This document shows positions 61,952-64,000 of a stretch of 64,000 nucleotides of DNA, in pieces. The DNA is from Burkholderiales bacterium (GTDB lineage: Bacteria; Pseudomonadota; Gammaproteobacteria; Burkholderiales; SG8-41). The number at the start of each line of letters is the position of its first letter. Within the stretch, counting starts at the first letter, position 1. The translations under genes were made by a program, and so were the position numbers. The stretch spans positions 14,449 through 78,448 of the forward strand of contig JBKBXX010000002.1 of assembly GCA_046313915.1 (NCBI GenBank). Reading direction: 5' to 3'. The notes under the pieces are model-generated. The model was not told the origin of the DNA. It saw only the letters and a program-made list of their open reading frames with translations, and did no database searches.

Positions 61952-62851
61952 ATGTCGTCCACTATCGCCAGCCAGCCGCTTTCCTCGCGCATTCACCAGT
62001 TCTATCAACTGACCAAGCCGCGGGTGGTGTCGCTGATCGTTTTTACGGCCGTCATCGGCATGTTTCTGGCGACGCCCGGCATGGTGCCGCCGCAGGCGCT
62101 GCTTGCCGGCACCTTGGGCATTGCGCTGGTGGCGGGGGCGGCGGCGGCCGTCAATTGCCTCATCGAGCAGAAAATCGATGCGCTCATGACGCGCACCCGC
62201 ATCCGGCCGCTGCCGCGCGGCCAAATCACCTCGCTGCAGACGCTGGTATTTGCCGGGGCGGTCGGCGGCATGGGTTTGTGGATCCTTTATCGGTTCGTCA
62301 ACCCGCTGACGATGTGGCTGACGCTGGCGACTTTTGTCGGCTATGCCATCGTCTATACGGTGATCCTCAAACCCATGACGCCGCAGAACATCGTGATCGG
62401 CGGCGCTTCGGGCGCGATGCCGCCGGTGCTGGGCTGGGCGGCGGTGACCGGCGAGATATCTTCCGACGCGCTGCTACTGTTCCTCATCATTTTCGCCTGG
62501 ACGCCGCCCCACTTCTGGGCGCTGGCGCTGTATCGCAAACTCGAATACGCGAAAGCCGGCGTGCCGATGCTGCCGGTCACCCACGGCGACAAATTCACCC
62601 GGCTGCACGTGCTGCTCTACACCGCCATTCTCTTCGCCTGTTCACTGCTCCCTTTCGTGACGCGCATGAGCGGCGTCATTTATCTGGTTGCGGCGCTCGT
62701 GCTCGGCGGGCGTTTCCTCCACTACGCGGTGAAAATTCATTTCGCCTACAGCGACCGGCTCGCGCGGCGCACCTTCCGCTACTCGATTTTCTATCTCGCC
62801 GTGCTGTTCGCCGCGCTGCTGGCCGACCATTATTTCCGCATCGCGTTGTGA
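61952..62851 (+). CDS. ctaB: Protoheme IX farnesyltransferase (heme O synthase)
   Basis: [23 protein letters not shown]...[21 protein letters not shown]...[21 protein letters not shown]...[13 protein letters not shown]. Confidence 0.93.
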   Translation: MSSTIASQPLSSRIHQFYQLTKPRVVSLIVFTAVIGMFLATPGMVPPQALLAGTLGIALVAGAAAAVNCLIEQKIDALMTRTRIRPLPRGQITSLQTLVFAGAVGGMGLWILYRFVNPLTMWLTLATFVGYAIVYTVILKPMTPQNIVIGGASGAMPPVLGWAAVTGEISSDALLLFLIIFAWTPPHFWALALYRKLEYAKAGVPMLPVTHGDKFTRLHVLLYTAILFACSLLPFVTRMSGVIYLVAALVLGGRFLHYAVKIHFAYSDRLARRTFRYSIFYLAVLFAALLADHYFRIAL

Positions 62852-62879
62852 TTGTTTCATCAGGGTGCCCACCCGTTTC

Positions 62880-63464
62880 ATGAGACGGTTCCTTTACCTG
62901 CTCCTGGCAGCTCTGGTGCTGGTGGCTTGCGGCCCTTCGGGGCCCACGCCCAGGTTCATGCTGACCGACGTGACCGGGGCCAGCTTCGGCAAGGAGCTGG
63001 CGCTCACCGGTCACGACGGCAGGCCGCGCACGCTGGCTGATTTCCGCGGCAAGGTGGTGGCGCTTTTCTTCGGCTTCACCCATTGTCCCGACGTGTGCCC
63101 GACGACGCTCGCCGAACTGGCGCTGGTGGCAAAGGAACTGGGCAAGGATGCCGAGAGGATGCAGGTGCTGTTCGTGACCGTGGATCCCGAGCGCGACACG
63201 CCCGAAGTGCTGCGCCAGTATGTGCCGTCTTTCAATCCGTCATTCCTCGGACTCTACGGCGATGCCGAGGCCACGGCGCGCGCTGCGAGGGAGTTCAAGA
63301 TTTTTTTCCAGAAACAGCCGCTGCCCGGCGGAGGCTACAGCGTCGATCATTTCGCGGGCACTTACATCCTCGATTCCCGCGGCAGGCTGCGCCTGTTCGC
63401 CCAATACGGCCAGGGGGCACCGGCGCTGCTGCACGATATCCGCCTGCTGCTGCAGGAACCCTGA
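62880..63464 (+). CDS. SCO family copper chaperone (Sco1/SenC), lipoprotein
   Basis: MRRFLYLLLAALVLVACG lipobox. FFGFTHCPDVCPTTL CxxxC motif, then ...YSVDHFAGTYILD. The track ORF starts at GTG 62865. Confidence 0.9.
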   Translation: MRRFLYLLLAALVLVACGPSGPTPRFMLTDVTGASFGKELALTGHDGRPRTLADFRGKVVALFFGFTHCPDVCPTTLAELALVAKELGKDAERMQVLFVTVDPERDTPEVLRQYVPSFNPSFLGLYGDAEATARAAREFKIFFQKQPLPGGGYSVDHFAGTYILDSRGRLRLFAQYGQGAPALLHDIRLLLQEP

Positions 63465-63505
63465 TGCGGCTGCCGGCACCCTTTCGAGACGCAGGGGAAA
63501 AGCGC

Positions 63506-64000
63506 ATGTTCCGGAAGCTGGTGTGGTTCACGGCCTGTTTTGCTTTCATCGTGGTGGTGGTGGGCGCCTACGTGCGTCTCGAAGACGCGGGCCTGGGCTG
63601 TCCCGACTGGCCGGGCTGCTACGGCCATCTGGTCGGCGTGCCGGACCAGGCGCACGAGCTGGCGAGGGCGCAGGAGAAGTTCGGCCAGCAGGTCGATGCC
63701 GCGCGTGCCTGGAAAGAAATGCTCCACCGCTACCTTGCCGGCACGCTGGGCGTGCTGATACTTGCGATCGCAGTCGTGGCGTGGCGCGAGCGGCACACGC
63801 TGCGCCGGTCACTGCTGCTGGCATGGTCGCTGGTGGCGCTGGTGGCGTTTCAGGCGGCGCTCGGCATGTGGACGGTGACTCTGCTGCTGAAACCCGTGAT
63901 CGTCACGCTGCACCTGCTGGGAGGCATGGCCACCTGGGGATTGCTGACCTGGCTTGCGCTGCGCGAGCTGCCGGCGGCGGGCCCCGCCAGCCCGGCGTTG
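63506..64000 (+). CDS. ctaA: Heme A synthase (COX15/CtaA family); C-terminus outside window
   Basis: Own translation from ATG 63506: MFRKLVWFTACFAFIVVVVGAYVRLEDAGLGCPDWPGCYGHLVGVP...AWKEMLHRYLAGTLGVLILAIAV. The frame is open to the window end, so it is not in the ORF track. Confidence 0.88.
   Translation, partial: MFRKLVWFTACFAFIVVVVGAYVRLEDAGLGCPDWPGCYGHLVGVPDQAHELARAQEKFGQQVDAARAWKEMLHRYLAGTLGVLILAIAVVAWRERHTLRRSLLLAWSLVALVAFQAALGMWTVTLLLKPVIVTLHLLGGMATWGLLTWLALRELPAAGPASPAL

Overview
Visibly GC-rich chromosomal segment whose gene content and order look betaproteobacterial (argB-nucleotidase-slmA, Bug/TctC-family binding protein, aa3-type cox cluster with DUF2970/DUF2909 small genes). I call about 70 protein-coding genes. 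I recognised no rRNA, tRNA, CRISPR array, IS element or prophage gene by eye. Gene blocks, left to right: LOG-family gene (partial) and polA; small metabolic and membrane genes; the dacA-dat-ybeD ... lipB-lipA block, interrupted by an opposite-strand secreted protein plus a PglL/O-antigen-ligase-like gene; hsp20, argB, nucleotidase, slmA; moeB, ctp, envC-like, gpmI; ArsR-rhodanese-grxC-secB-SH3-gpsA; trmL. A roughly 22.6 kb MSHA-type type IV pilus locus follows (mshE, mshG, four pilin paralogs on both strands, uncharacterised genes, a TPR/GT41 glycosyltransferase, four minor pilins, a 1300-aa MshQ-like protein, mshI through mshN). The window ends with comF, bioBFHCD, and a cytochrome c oxidase biogenesis cluster (coxB, ctaD, ctaG, ctaE, SURF1, ctaB, SCO, ctaA partial). 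I found no clear new multi-gene system. The most unusual signals are at DNA level. (1) Three 11-13 codon islands of purely AT-rich synonymous codons sit inside conserved polA, lipA and bioF. They share a plus-strand ATTnnT-CAAT-N5-CAAT-nAnTTA(C)TG motif regardless of gene orientation. (2) Two exact duplications of gene 5' ends (Bug/TctC-like gene, nucleotidase gene) each have a 95-bp unrelated spacer and a hairpin at the first junction. (3) A heptamer-iteron inverted repeat lies upstream of polA. (4) A REPIN-like GTGGGAGCGGGC cluster lies after gpsA. (5) The pilus locus is rearranged and decorated (GT41 enzyme, sequon-rich giant MshQ-like protein, C-terminal-Ser pilins, G8 tract at a gene junction). 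All coordinates and alignments were done by eye and no searches were run.
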